In this document: positions 1 to 10,013 of the stretch, piece after piece
Numbering within the stretch: the stretch's first letter is position 1
Layout: every line of letters starts with the position of its first letter
NCBI GenBank assembly: GCA_963737655.1
Contig: CAVTTN010000002.1
Coordinates: 4,288,001 to 4,352,000 of the forward strand
Origin: an uncultured Planctomycetota bacterium
GTDB taxonomy: Bacteria; Planctomycetota; Planctomycetia; Isosphaerales; Isosphaeraceae
Direction: 5' to 3'
DNA length: 64,000 nt
Made by a program: the position numbers and the translations under genes
The notes under the pieces: model-generated
The model's input: only the letters and a program-made list of their open reading frames with translations
Told to the model about the DNA's origin: nothing
Database searches by the model: none

Positions 1-33
1 CCCCTCACCCGGGCCTCTCCCCCGAGGCGGGGG

Positions 34-123
34 GTACGTGTTTAGCGCCTCGAATCGCGGTTTTTGTAGGGTCCGCTATTGCGGACCCTACAAAAACCGC
101 CTTCTCACCCGCTAAACACGTAC
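34..123. mobile_element. 90-bp MITE with IS66-like ends carrying a GTAG-REP hairpin
   Basis: Perfect 14-bp TIR GTACGTGTTTAGCG / CGCTAAACACGTAC. The right end matches the IS66 right end at 20559-20572 (CGCTAAACACGAAC) at 13/14. Internal hairpin at 57-100 (GCGGTTTTTGTAGGGTCCGC-TATT-GCGGACCCTACAAAAACCGC). Confidence 0.75.
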
Positions 124-252
124 ATGAGAGTGGGGACGGGTAGTGCGGGGTTATCACCGATCCCGACTTCGTTGCGATTCGCCGTGAACGAATACGAGGC
201 CCGAACCTGTCTGGGTTATGGCCAAGCCTCCGGATCGAAGGGAGGGAGATGG

Positions 253-1407
253 GTGGCAACTGATTCCATCGACTGCGGCAGGATCGCCGAGGCGGCCGAC
301 CTGCCCGCGATCCTGGCGGCCGAGGGGATCGACCTCCGCAACGGGGTGGGATTTTGTCCGTGGCACGATAACACGAGGACCCCGGCCCGAAGCGTCTACC
401 TCCGGGACGGCCGATGGCGGTTCCAGTGCCACAACCCGGCGTGCGGGGTCTCCGGGACGGCGATCGACTGGATCATGCTTCGCGATAACGTGACGGCCCC
501 CGAGGCGGCCCGGAAGCTCGACCCGGCCCTGGCGCCGGCCAAGACGCCCCGGCCATCGAAAAGGACCGCCCCTCCGTCCTCGCCGATGGCGCCGAAAGAG
601 GAGCCCGCCCGCAAGCCGGGCGTGGCGGAGACGTCGGATGAGTGGGAGCTCGAGGCGGCCCGGCTCATCGAACGGGCGGGGGAGGCGCTCTGGCGGCCGG
701 AGGGCCAGGACGCCCTGGGCTGGCTCCGCTGGCGCGGCCTGGACGACGCAACCATCAGGCGGTTCCGGCTCGGATACGTCGCCGACTGGACCCAGACGCG
801 ACCGCTGGCCTGCCTCGACGACGGGAAGGGTCCCGAGCCGATCCGGGCGCCTCGCGGGGTGAGCTTTCCCTGGCTCGGCCTTGCCTCTCACTACGGCCGA
901 CGCGATCCCGAGGACCCGGGGGACGGCGACGCGGTCTTCGTCGGCTGCAACGTCCGGCGCCTGATGCCCGATGTCCGCGAGGCCCTCCCCAAGAAGGTCG
1001 GCAAGTGCATGGCCTTCGCGGGATCGACGCGGGGTTACGCCTACCCTTGCCCGGACCTCGTCCCGTCGCAATCCGTCCTGCCGGCCCTGATCCTGGAAGG
1101 CGAGATCGACCGCCTGCTCGCGGTCCAGGAGGCCAACTGGCTCGTCCACGCCCTGACGCTCGGCGGGTCGAAACAGGCCCCGCATCCCTCGGCCCTCGCG
1201 GTGCTCGACGCTTGCGATCACCGGCTGATCGCCACCGATCACGATGCCCCGGTCCAGGAGGCCGCGAAGCGTCTCGCGGCGATGGCCCCGGCCAAGGCCC
1301 GTCGCCTCTACCTCCCCCACGGCAAGGACGTCGGCGAGTTCGTCCAGGCCGGCGGCGACCTGGCCGGATGGCTGGAATCCGAGCTCGCCCGCCTCGGCCT
1401 GTCCTGA
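253..1407 (+). CDS. DnaG-like primase of mobile-element type (CHC2 zinc finger + Toprim)
   Basis: CPWHD...FQCHNPAC zinc finger; FRLGY motif; Toprim motifs ILEGEID, TDHD and GKDVGE. GTG start at 253 follows the SD GGAGGGAG. Confidence 0.8.
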   Translation: MATDSIDCGRIAEAADLPAILAAEGIDLRNGVGFCPWHDNTRTPARSVYLRDGRWRFQCHNPACGVSGTAIDWIMLRDNVTAPEAARKLDPALAPAKTPRPSKRTAPPSSPMAPKEEPARKPGVAETSDEWELEAARLIERAGEALWRPEGQDALGWLRWRGLDDATIRRFRLGYVADWTQTRPLACLDDGKGPEPIRAPRGVSFPWLGLASHYGRRDPEDPGDGDAVFVGCNVRRLMPDVREALPKKVGKCMAFAGSTRGYAYPCPDLVPSQSVLPALILEGEIDRLLAVQEANWLVHALTLGGSKQAPHPSALAVLDACDHRLIATDHDAPVQEAAKRLAAMAPAKARRLYLPHGKDVGEFVQAGGDLAGWLESELARLGLS

Positions 1408-1515
1408 TCGATCGATCGATCGCGGGGCCGAAAACCCGACGTCGCCGGCCCGGACCTCCCGGCGCCGATGTTCGACCGTTCCTTATTCTCGTACATTCAT
1501 CAATGGATATCGCAA

Positions 1516-2273
1516 TGAGATTGCGCGAACAGGTCGCCGCGCTCACGGCGTCGGTGGACAAGCTCTCGCGGGCGGTGAAGCCGGGCCCGGGCGGCGGGTC
1601 GTCGGCCCCCGGGCCGTCCGGCGGCCCGCCCGGGTCGTCGCCGTCCTGGCGGTCGGCCCTGGCCCCGGTCCTCAAGGCGGTCCAGGCTCAGTCGCCGGGG
1701 TTGACCGCGTCGTTCTCGGGGCTGGCGGCCTCCCTCAAGGCGGCCCGGGCGACCGGTCCGGCGATCCGAGCGTCGGCGGGTTCCTCGTCGCTGGCGAGCC
1801 TGCCTCGGTCCTCGTCGTCCGCCCGTTCGCCGGACCTCACGACGCTTTTCCGACCGTCGCGGGACCGCTCCCGGGATGCCTCGGTCGCGTCGCCGTTCAC
1901 GCCCCCGCCCCCGCCCCCGGCCGACGCGCCGCCCCCCCGGGTCCATCCCTCGGCCCCCCCGTCCTCGCTCGATGCGGTCCGCCGCTCGGCGATGGCCTGG
2001 CGAGCGTCTCCGTCGATGGCGGCAGGCTCGCCGGGCGGGCCGCGATGGCCCGGGACTCGGGCCGGATCGAGTTCGGCCCCCGGGATGAACCCCGGCGACT
2101 CGGGCGGGATGGCCTCGCGGTTCGCCCGGTCGCTCAAGACTCGGCCAGGCGTTCGAGGCGTTCCAGGCAGCGGATGCGGGCCTCCCCGGGGAGTCCGTCG
2201 AGCCAGGCGACGATCGGGGGCCGCTCCTCGCCGCTCTCCTGGTAGAGGACGACATCGACTTGGGGCATGGTGA
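1516..2273 (+). CDS. Hypothetical low-complexity (Pro/Ser/Gly) protein, probably truncated or chimeric near 2135
   Basis: ATG after an AT-rich leader (MRLREQVAALTASVDKLSRAV...). The 3' part runs antisense through the toxin fragment. Confidence 0.3.
2134..2268 (-). pseudogene. N-terminal fragment of a RelE/ParE (HigB/Gp49-like) toxin
   Basis: MPQVDVVLYQESGEERPPIVAWLDGLPGEARIRCLERLERLAES* matches the N-terminus pattern of this family. It stops before the usual GxxELR segment, and no antitoxin follows. Confidence 0.7.
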
Positions 2274-2327
2274 TGACCGGTCCATCCTCGGTGCGGACCG
2301 ACGGCCCGTCTCGCCGACCCGGTCCCG

Positions 2328-2355
2328 ATTGTATCGCAATATTGCGATCAGGCAA
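2328..2355 (-). promoter_or_regulatory. Sigma70-type promoter with palindromic operator for the toxin fragment
   Basis: Minus strand TTGCCT-16 bp-TACAAT. The perfect palindrome ATCGCAATATTGCGAT (2333-2348) fills the spacer. Confidence 0.6.
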
Positions 2356-2734
2356 GGAGAGTTCTTGCACCTCCCCTGCCCCGTGCTCGGCGTGACGCGG
2401 GCCGCTGGCGGTACACGCCCCACGACCTGCCCCCCCGGGACACGGTCCACTTCTTTTCCCGCCGGTGACGGCTCGGTCAGGACCTGCTGACCACGCCCAA
2501 CGGCCGGGCGAGCCGACGGATGCTGCTGGAGAAGGTTCCGCCGCAGGGATTACACTGGGCGACCGTCGAGAATTTGCAAGGGCTGTCGGATCGTCGGGTC
2601 CATGGCCTATTTCATCGTTTATGGTTATAGTTTCTGCTGGTCCGTGCGAACGCCGACCGAACGGGATGTCGAAGGACGGCTTCGCACAACGGCGTTGAGA
2701 CACCACCGATCATCCTTACGAGAGGAATACACGG

Positions 2735-4087
2735 GTGTCAGACGAGGTGGAGCGCCAACTCGCCCTGCTGAAGCCTGGCGATCACATCTGCCCTATTTAC
2801 AGCAGCATCGTGGAGCAGATGGCCGTCGCGGTGCCCTTCGTGAGAGACGGGTTGAGCCGAGGAGATCGTTGTATCTACGTTTCGGACGGCGCCGTCAAGG
2901 GATTCGTCGAAGCCCTCGATGCCGCCGGGATCGATGTCGCTCGCGAGTGCGATCGGGGGCGGTTGCTGCTCCTGACCAAGAGCGATTCGTACCTCCTCGG
3001 GGGTACCTTCGCTCCCGAGGCGATGATCGGCTTTCTGTGCCAGGCGGAGGCCCAGGCGCTCGCGGACGGATTGTCGGGCTTGCGGTTCGCCGGCGAGATG
3101 ACCTGGGCCCTTGGTCCGGAGCCCGGTTACGCCCGGTTGATCGAGTACGAGGCACTGCTCAACCGCTTCGTGGCAGGAGGCCGGTCGGTGATCCTCTGCC
3201 AGTACGACCGCTCTCGCTTCGACCCGTCCTGCATTCATGACGTCCTGCTGACCCACCCGCTGGTCGTTCTTGGCACCCTGGTCTGCCCGAACCCCTACTA
3301 CGAGCCGCCGGAATTGGTCTTATCCCCCGACCCCGAGGCTTCCGCCGAGTTCAAGGCGAAGCGGGTCGACTGGTGGATTGCGCAACTCAAGCGGGCGCGG
3401 GACGATTCCCAAGAACGCGAGAACATGTTCATGAATTTGCAGGCTCTTTCCCGACAGTTGATCGGAGTCCAGGAGTCCGAGCGTCGCCACCTGGCTCGCG
3501 AGCTTCATGATGAGATCGGCCAGGCGTTGACGGGCGTCAGATTGCTCGTGCAATCCAGGGAGGAGCTGCCGACGGGCGAGGTCAAGGCGAGGTTCGAGCA
3601 GGTGCGAGGCATCGTCGACGAGCTCCTGGAGCGGATCCGGCGGCTCTCGTTCGACCTGCGACCCTCCGCCCTCGACCAACTCGGGCTCTTACCCGCGCTG
3701 CTGGCGCTCTTCGAGCGGTTCACGAGCCAGACCGGGATTCTGGTCCATTTCAAGCACGAAGGGATCGAGGGGCGATTCGCGCCTGAAGTGGAGACGACCG
3801 CCTACCGGATCGCGCAAGAATCGTTGACGAACGTTGCCCGCCATGCCGGGGTGCGCGACGCGACGGTCCGGGTCTGGGCGACCGCGGATACGCTGAACGT
3901 CCAGATCGAGGATCGGGGATGCGGATTCGATCCGGAGGTCGCCCTGGCGGCGCCAACATCCATCGGCCTCGCCGGCATGCGGGAACGCGTCACGCTGCTG
4001 GGCGGCCACCTGAGCATCGAATCCGGCCGGGGATCCGGGACACAATTGACGGCCCACTTACCACTGATCGGCATAAATGTTGAGTAG
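2735..4087 (+). CDS. MEDS-domain sensor histidine kinase (HisKA_3/NarX-like)
   Basis: GDHICPIY...GLRFAGEMTW...LCQYD MEDS motifs; ERRHLARELHDEIGQAL H-box; QESLTNVARHA, DRGCGFD and GLAGMRER. Confidence 0.92.
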   Translation: MSDEVERQLALLKPGDHICPIYSSIVEQMAVAVPFVRDGLSRGDRCIYVSDGAVKGFVEALDAAGIDVARECDRGRLLLLTKSDSYLLGGTFAPEAMIGFLCQAEAQALADGLSGLRFAGEMTWALGPEPGYARLIEYEALLNRFVAGGRSVILCQYDRSRFDPSCIHDVLLTHPLVVLGTLVCPNPYYEPPELVLSPDPEASAEFKAKRVDWWIAQLKRARDDSQERENMFMNLQALSRQLIGVQESERRHLARELHDEIGQALTGVRLLVQSREELPTGEVKARFEQVRGIVDELLERIRRLSFDLRPSALDQLGLLPALLALFERFTSQTGILVHFKHEGIEGRFAPEVETTAYRIAQESLTNVARHAGVRDATVRVWATADTLNVQIEDRGCGFDPEVALAAPTSIGLAGMRERVTLLGGHLSIESGRGSGTQLTAHLPLIGINVE

Positions 4088-4091
4088 ATAA

Positions 4092-4745
4092 ATGGCAATA
4101 CAAATTGTCTTGGTCGACGATCATCCCGTCGTGCGCCGCGGGATGCAGGCCCTCCTGGAGGCCGAGCCGGACTTCTCCATCGTGGGCGAGGCGGGCGACG
4201 GGCTGGAGGCGGTCCGACTCGTCGAACGCTTGCACCCCGACGTGCTGGTCCTCGACCTGATGTTGCCGAGCCTGAGCGGCCTGGAAGCCATCCGGACCAT
4301 TCGCCAACGCTCGCCGCAGACTCGCGTCGTGGTCCTCTCGATGCACAACATCAGCGCGTTCGTGGCGTCGGCGCTCAAGGACGGTGCCCTGGGATACGTC
4401 CTCAAGGGGAGCGAGGAGGAGAACCTCGTCCACGCGGTCCGAGAGGCCGCCGCCGGGAGGCGCTTCCTGAGCCCGCCGGTTACGGAGCGCGCCATCGACG
4501 CCTACATCGAGCAATCCAGGGCGGTCCGGATCGACCTTCACGAGACGCTCACGGATCGAGAGCGCGAAGTGCTGCAACTGTCGGCCGAGGGGAAGGCCGG
4601 GTCGGAAGTCGCCTCGAAGCTCCACATCAGCCATCGCACGGTCGAAAACCACCGCGCAAGCCTGATGCGGAAGCTCGGGCTCAAGAATCAGACCGACTTG
4701 GTCCTCTATGCCCTGCGACGCGGGATCATCCCCCTGGAGGAGTAA
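4092..4745 (+). CDS. NarL/LuxR-family response regulator
   Basis: LVDDHPVVR, VLDLMLP and GYVLK receiver motifs; LTDREREVL...TVENHRASLMRKL HTH. Confidence 0.95.
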   Translation: MAIQIVLVDDHPVVRRGMQALLEAEPDFSIVGEAGDGLEAVRLVERLHPDVLVLDLMLPSLSGLEAIRTIRQRSPQTRVVVLSMHNISAFVASALKDGALGYVLKGSEEENLVHAVREAAAGRRFLSPPVTERAIDAYIEQSRAVRIDLHETLTDREREVLQLSAEGKAGSEVASKLHISHRTVENHRASLMRKLGLKNQTDLVLYALRRGIIPLEE

Positions 4746-5139
4746 GGGCCGCGGGAGGGACTCGCCGACCGGAGGTGACGGGCCCCGAACGTCCCGGTCG
4801 CCGCCGAGAGTCGTGAGGATTTGGCCCGGAATCCAGGTATTTGCCCGGATGGTCGATCCCGAGAACGCCCCTACCATAGAACGAGCCTGAGCCGTTGGGC
4901 GCGAGCCACGGTGGCGAGGGCTCAAAGGTCGACGCCCGATTCGGTCGAGCCCGGCGCGTCCCTCGCGTCGCGGCGAGACCGGCGAGCGACGGGCGGCGAG
5001 CCGAGCGACGATGAGGTCGCGAGGCCAAGGCACGATGACCATGCCCGCCGTCCGTAGCTCGGGGATCTCACCTCGGTGAGTGTCGGCCCAGGAGACCTGG
5101 ACACCGCACCGCGACAGACAACTCTCGGAATCCCTCACG

Positions 5140-5415
5140 ATGAATTCGCCCCCGACCGACCAGCCGGCCCCACGTCCCCTCGACGGGATTCGCGACGAAG
5201 GAGATCGACCGTTGCTCGGCCTGCTCCTCGCATTGTACGCCACCCTCGACCGCCATCGGGATGGCAATCCGCCAGCCAACCCGGACGTCTACCAGCCCGA
5301 GCAGTGGGAGGACCACGAGAACATCTACCTCGAGTTTGTCATCCCCGATCTGTTCGATCGGGATGTCGATATCTCCACCCAAAACGGCAGGACCCTGATC
5401 CGCTCCGGGAGATGA
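5140..5415 (+). CDS. Small hypothetical protein with a partial Hsp20-like C-terminal motif
   Basis: ORF with GC-biased third codon positions. EDHENIYLEFVIPDLFDRDVDISTQNGRTLIR resembles alpha-crystallin beta-strands. Confidence 0.45.
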   Translation: MNSPPTDQPAPRPLDGIRDEGDRPLLGLLLALYATLDRHRDGNPPANPDVYQPEQWEDHENIYLEFVIPDLFDRDVDISTQNGRTLIRSGR

Positions 5416-5449
5416 GCGATCCCGGCCGAGGAGTACACGAGGACGAGCA

Positions 5450-7752
5450 ATGTCCCAGTCAGCCGACAGAGGCCACGACGGAGAAAGGCCAAACTCCGAA
5501 GCCGTGCTCGACTCCCTTGCCGACCACATCGCGATCCTCGATGATTCCGGCGTGATCGTCTCCGTGAATCGACCCTGGCGCGAGTTCGCCGCGGCCAACG
5601 CGCCGGTTGGGGCCGATGTTTGCGAGGGCACCGGGTACCTCCGCGTCTGTGACAACGCCCGAGGCAACGGCGCCGAGACCGCGAGGGCGGTCGCCCAGGG
5701 TATCCGCGACGCGCTCGCCGGCCGCCGCGCCGAGTTCTCCTGCGAGTACCCTTGCCATGCCCCGGGCCGTCGACGATGGTTCCTGGTCCGGGTGACGCGC
5801 CTCGGCGCGACGGTCGCTCCGGGGTCGTCGTCTCCCACCAGGACATCACCGAGCGGAAACTCGCGGAGCAGGTCCTCGTCCGGAGCGAGTCGCGGCTCCG
5901 GGTCGTGCTGGATCACGTCCAGGCGGCCATCTTCCTCAAGGACCTCGAGGGCCGCTATCTGATGGTCAACCGGCGGTTCGCCGAACTCTTCGGCGTGTCC
6001 GAGGAGCAGATGGTCGGCAAGACCGACGACGACTTCCTCCCGGCGGATCTCGCCGACACGTACCGGCGGAACGATCGGAGGGCCCTGGATACGAAGGTGC
6101 CGATCGAAGTCGAGGAAGTCGCCCCATCCGCCGACGGCCCTCGTACGTCGATTGTCATCAAGGCTCCCCTGCTCGACGCCGACGGCGCGCCCTGGGCCGT
6201 CTGCGGAATCGCCACCGACATCACGGAACGGAAGCGGTCCGAGGAGGCATTACGCCGAAGCGATGGGCGGCTGCGCGTGGCCCTGGAAGCAGCGAAGATG
6301 GGGGCGTGGGACTGGGACATCCCCGCGAACAAGTTGATCTGGTCGGACAACAGTGAGGCGGTCCTCGGTCTCGCCCCCGGCAACTTCGACGGCACGTTCG
6401 AGGGCTTTCAACGGCTCATCCACCCAGATGACCGGCAGGCCGTGGGGCATGCGATCGGCCGTGCGATCGAGGCACGATCGAACTACGAGGCCCAATTCCG
6501 ACTCGCCCGGCCAGACGGCTCGATCCGCTGGATCGAAGGTAAGGGGCGGATTCACTACGACGACCGTGGGCACCCGGCACGCTTGCTTGGGGTCGGCATG
6601 GACATCACCGGGCGCAAGCGCGTGGAGCAAGAAATCTTCGTCCTGAACGCCGAACTGGAAGCCAAACTGGAACGGATCAACGCCTTGCGTGCGATCGACC
6701 TGGCCATCACCAGCAGCCTCGACCTGCCGCTGACGCTGGGGATCGTCGTCGACCAGGTGCTCTCCCAGCTGGAGGTCGATGCCGCCGGCATTCTCCTCTG
6801 TAGCCCGCAGATGCCGGCCCTTGAGTATGTTGTCCGCAAGGGCTATCGGGACGTGGGGGCACCCGGCTACTTGCAGAGGCTCAACGAGGGGCCGGCCGGC
6901 CGCGCGGTCCTGGTCCGACGGACCCAGTATGTCTCCAAGCCGCGCGTCGTCTCGGCGATGCCGGAAGAGCCTTCTCTGCCGGAGGGGTTCGTCACCTACT
7001 GGGCGGTGCCGCTGACGGCCAAGGGCCGGGTCAAGGGTGTCCTGGAGGTTGGAAATCGTTCTCCACTCACCCCCGAGCCCGACTGGCTGGAGTTCCTGGA
7101 GGCCCTGGCCAGGCAAGCGGCCATCGCCATCGACAACGCCGAGTTGTTCGGCGACCTGCATCGCTCCAACTTGGAATTGTCCCTCGCCTACGACGCCACC
7201 ATTGAGGGATGGTCGCGGGCGGTAGACCTGCGCGACCATGAGACCGAAGGACATTGTCGGCGGGTCATGGAGATGACACTCCGCCTGGCCCGGGCGATGA
7301 ACGTCGCCACGGCGGAGATGGTCCATCTTCGCCGAGGGGCCCTGCTGCACGACATCGGCAAGATCGGCATCCCCGATCGCATTCTCCTCAAGCCGGGTCC
7401 GCTGACCGACGAAGAGTTCGCCCTCATGCGTCGCCATCCCCAATACGCCCTGGAGATGCTCGCGCCGATCGCCTTCCTCCGCCCGGCGTTGGACATCCCC
7501 TACTGTCACCACGAGAAGTGGGACGGGACCGGGTATCCCCGCGGCCTGAAAGGCGAACAGATCCCACCGGCGGCGAGGATGTTTGCCGCCGTCGACATCT
7601 GGGACGCCCTGATCTCCGACCGCCCTTACCGCCGGGGATGGCGACCCGAGGCGGTCTTCGAGCATCTGCGTTCCTTGGCGGATACCCACCTGGATCCAAA
7701 CGTGGTTGAGATCTTCCTGAGGCTCCTCGCCGGAGAATGGCCCGACTCATAA
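5450..7752 (+). CDS. PAS-PAS-PAS-GAF-HD-GYP cyclic-di-GMP phosphodiesterase, one frameshift near 5805
   Basis: The first PAS domain (AVLDSLADHIAILD...WFLVRVTRL) continues in the next frame as DGRSGVVVSHQDITERK. LLHDIGK and HHEKWDGTGYP motifs are present. Confidence 0.9.
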
Positions 7753-7833
7753 CGATCGACAGGGGCCGATTTCGGAGAGCGGGCTAAACCGGATGCACCC
7801 TTGGGGCCGGCCCGCAGCACGAGGACGCCAACC

Positions 7834-8086
7834 GGGGTCACGCCTCGGAATGGACGAAATCGCACGTTAAGGGACTCCGAGGGGGGTGGCGGAGAACCCC
7901 TCCGCAAGAATCCCTTGAAACCCGGCGATTCCGGGCGTTTCCGCCCCATCTCAAGGCGTGGCGGGAATCTTTAATTTCCCGCCACGCCCACTCGTCGGGC
8001 GAAGACGCAAAGCCGGTTTCCTGTTCGGGTTCAATCCCGGCAAAGCGGCTTGGCGTACGATTTTTTCCGTTCCGAGGCGTGACCCC
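7834..8086. mobile_element. Tn3-family miniature element (TIME-like), 253 bp
   Basis: 38-bp IRs GGGGTCACGCCTCGGAATGGACGAAATCGCACGTTAAG and GGGGTCACGCCTCGGAACGGAAAAAATCGTACGCCAAG (32/38). Internal hairpin at 7955-7988. No 5-bp TSD. Confidence 0.85.
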
Positions 8087-8139
8087 AGCTTGCCAGGACG
8101 CGGAGTTGCGAGACGGAGATTCCGCGACCGTGGGCGGAC

Positions 8140-8697
8140 TCATTTCACGCTGCTGGGATGCTTCGCGTCCCCGGTCGGGGCCGAGCCGCCCGCCGGGGTG
8201 TCGATGATGCGTGCCGTCGGGGGGACGGCCAGGTGGTCGATGACCCGCTCGACGCCCCGGGTGTCGCGGACCAAGCCCACGGCCGTGTCCTTCTGGGCGG
8301 GGCTGGAGACGAGCCCTCGCAGGACGGCCGTGCCGTCCTCCTCGACCTCGACGACGATGCCCGTGGCGTCGAGCCGCTTGTCCTGGCAGAGGCGGGTCTC
8401 GATCTGCTGGCCCAGCCCCAGATTCCGCACCGAGGATGAGCCCTGCGAGGAGGAGTCGCGGACCGAAGCCGCCGTGTAGCGGAACCCTTTGAGGAGCGTG
8501 CGATAGGCCCCACGCACGCTGCCGAAGAACCCCGGAGCCTCTCCATATCGCTCGGTCCCGCCCGCGGCCCAGCCCGCCAGGAGCAAACCGACGATCAGTC
8601 CGGCGAAGGAGCATCGCGTCCGGGCGAAGGGCCACTTCCTGGGCCGGTCGGGGTTCGCCTGTCCCGCATCCCGACCGTCCCGCTGGGGGGTGCTCAT
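8140..8697 (-). CDS. BON-domain membrane/periplasmic protein
   Basis: Hydrophobic N-terminal segment, then IETRLCQDKRLDATGIVVEVEEDGTAVLRGLV...GVERVIDHL (BON pattern). Confidence 0.85.
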   Translation of the reverse strand: MSTPQRDGRDAGQANPDRPRKWPFARTRCSFAGLIVGLLLAGWAAGGTERYGEAPGFFGSVRGAYRTLLKGFRYTAASVRDSSSQGSSSVRNLGLGQQIETRLCQDKRLDATGIVVEVEEDGTAVLRGLVSSPAQKDTAVGLVRDTRGVERVIDHLAVPPTARIIDTPAGGSAPTGDAKHPSSVK

Positions 8698-8959
8698 CGA
8701 CTCGCCTCGTTCGAAGGGGTGCGTGGGGTCCGCCGTGTTTCGGTGAGCTCGCCCCGCGACGTCGCGACTACATCGACGAGGCGATGTGGAGTCCATCCCG
8801 GGGGCCGGGGAACGAGCGGCGGGACAATAGGCGGAGACCGTGTGCCCGTCAATACGAGCCATGGGGTCAGCTGGCCGGAATCCGGGATCGACCCTCCGAC
8901 GTCCAAAGGGCCAGCCCGGTCTGGCCCTGCCCCCGGCCACGATCGCCGGCGACGGACCG

Positions 8960-9060
8960 CCACCGCCGACCCTTGCCCAGGTCGTCCGCGTGGTCGACGG
9001 CGATCCGGTCGTCTTGGCGATCGATGGCCGCCAGGAGAAGGCCCGGCTCATCTCCCTGGC
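8960..9060 (+). pseudogene. Thermonuclease (SNase-like) N-terminal remnant
   Basis: AQVVRVVDGDPVVLAIDGRQEKARLI resembles the V..V.DGDT...VRLIGID motif, then the similarity ends abruptly. Confidence 0.5.
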
Positions 9061-9261
9061 GATGACGCAGCATCGCCCGATCCAGCCTCCGGTTCGGGAC
9101 AGGTCTTCGTCCTCGTAAAACATTGACCCGCCGAAGGACCGATGCAGCATCCTCAAGTGATGCGCCCGCGCTTTAACCCAGGCGAAGCCGAGAGCGACGG
9201 CCGCGATGAGAAGCATCGCGTGCGCGAGCGAAGCCCTCGGATGTTGACGAAGAGTCGGCAT
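9060..9261 (-). pseudogene. Truncated gene-cassette ORF (membrane-anchored hypothetical)
   Basis: ATG with a GAGG SD about 30 bp after the attC core GTTAGGC: MPTLRQHPRASLAHAMLLIAAVALGFAW. No downstream attC is visible. Confidence 0.45.
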
Positions 9262-9290
9262 GGCGCCTCGAAGGATCGACAGGCCCCGCC

Positions 9291-9387
9291 GCCTAACGAC
9301 CAAGCTCACCTGCCCGGCGGGCGCGGGGAGCTATGAACTCCAGAAAGCCTACATGGCCGCCGGGTCAGGTGCAGCGCCTGGTTCGGC
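9291..9387 (-). other. attC site (97 bp)
   Basis: Minus strand R'' GCCGAAC, L'' GCTGCACCTG ... L' CAGGTGAGC, R' GTTAGGC; imperfect inverted repeat. Confidence 0.85.
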
Positions 9388-9897
9388 TGTCGTCATCTCT
9401 CTCGGGTCGAGGGCATAAAGGGTGATCCGCAGCAACCCTCCGGCCGCCACCAGCCGAGCCAGCGTCCCGGGCGACAGGTCGTGGCGGACCGAGAACGGCT
9501 TTGTCCCGCAGTAATACCCGAGGTCGAAGACCCGCTGCGAGCAGCCATCCCAGGCCGCCCTGGCGGGCGGGTCGAGCGCCTCGACGGCCGCCAGCAGGGT
9601 CGCGACCTCGGGCTCGGGGTGGTCGTAGAATTCCCCACAGTCAGCGTTGAACATCCAGAGCCACTGCGGCTCGGCGATCCGGTGCCACTCCGTCTCGTCG
9701 ATCCGGAGTGCGCGATAGCGAGCGATCAACCCCCGAGCCTCCAGGGCTGCCGCAAGCGCCGTCAGATCCTCGGTCGAGTAAAGGCCGAGTTCCGTGGTGG
9801 AGTAGCTCGTGATCTCGTCCCAGGGCGACCCCTGCTCAGGCTGGCAGGACACATCGTCAGCCGACCGAACGACTTCTGGGTTATCGGCGTCTGCCAT
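9349..9897 (-). CDS. Integron gene-cassette protein of unknown function
   Basis: ATG about 20 bp after an attC core. The C-terminus reads into the next attC (AEPGAAPDPAAM). Confidence 0.75.
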   Translation of the reverse strand: MADADNPEVVRSADDVSCQPEQGSPWDEITSYSTTELGLYSTEDLTALAAALEARGLIARYRALRIDETEWHRIAEPQWLWMFNADCGEFYDHPEPEVATLLAAVEALDPPARAAWDGCSQRVFDLGYYCGTKPFSVRHDLSPGTLARLVAAGGLLRITLYALDPREMTTAEPGAAPDPAAM

Positions 9898-9914
9898 TCC
9901 CGAAGCCCTCCGGG

Positions 9915-10013
9915 GCCGAACGCCGAAGCTCAGCGGACCCACCCGCACGAGCGACCTTGAATAGCACGAAAACCGCCGCGGCGGGCGGGGTCCGCTGCAG
10001 CGCCAGGTTAACC
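9915..10013 (-). other. attC site (99 bp)
   Basis: Minus strand GGTTAAC-CTGGC-GCTGCAGCGGACCC ... GGGTCCGCTGAGC-TTCGGC-GTTCGGC. Confidence 0.85.

Noticed and set aside
8140..9309. 389-aa ORF as a single gene
   Set aside because: It joins a truncated cassette ORF, junction DNA and the BON gene, which has its own start at 8697.
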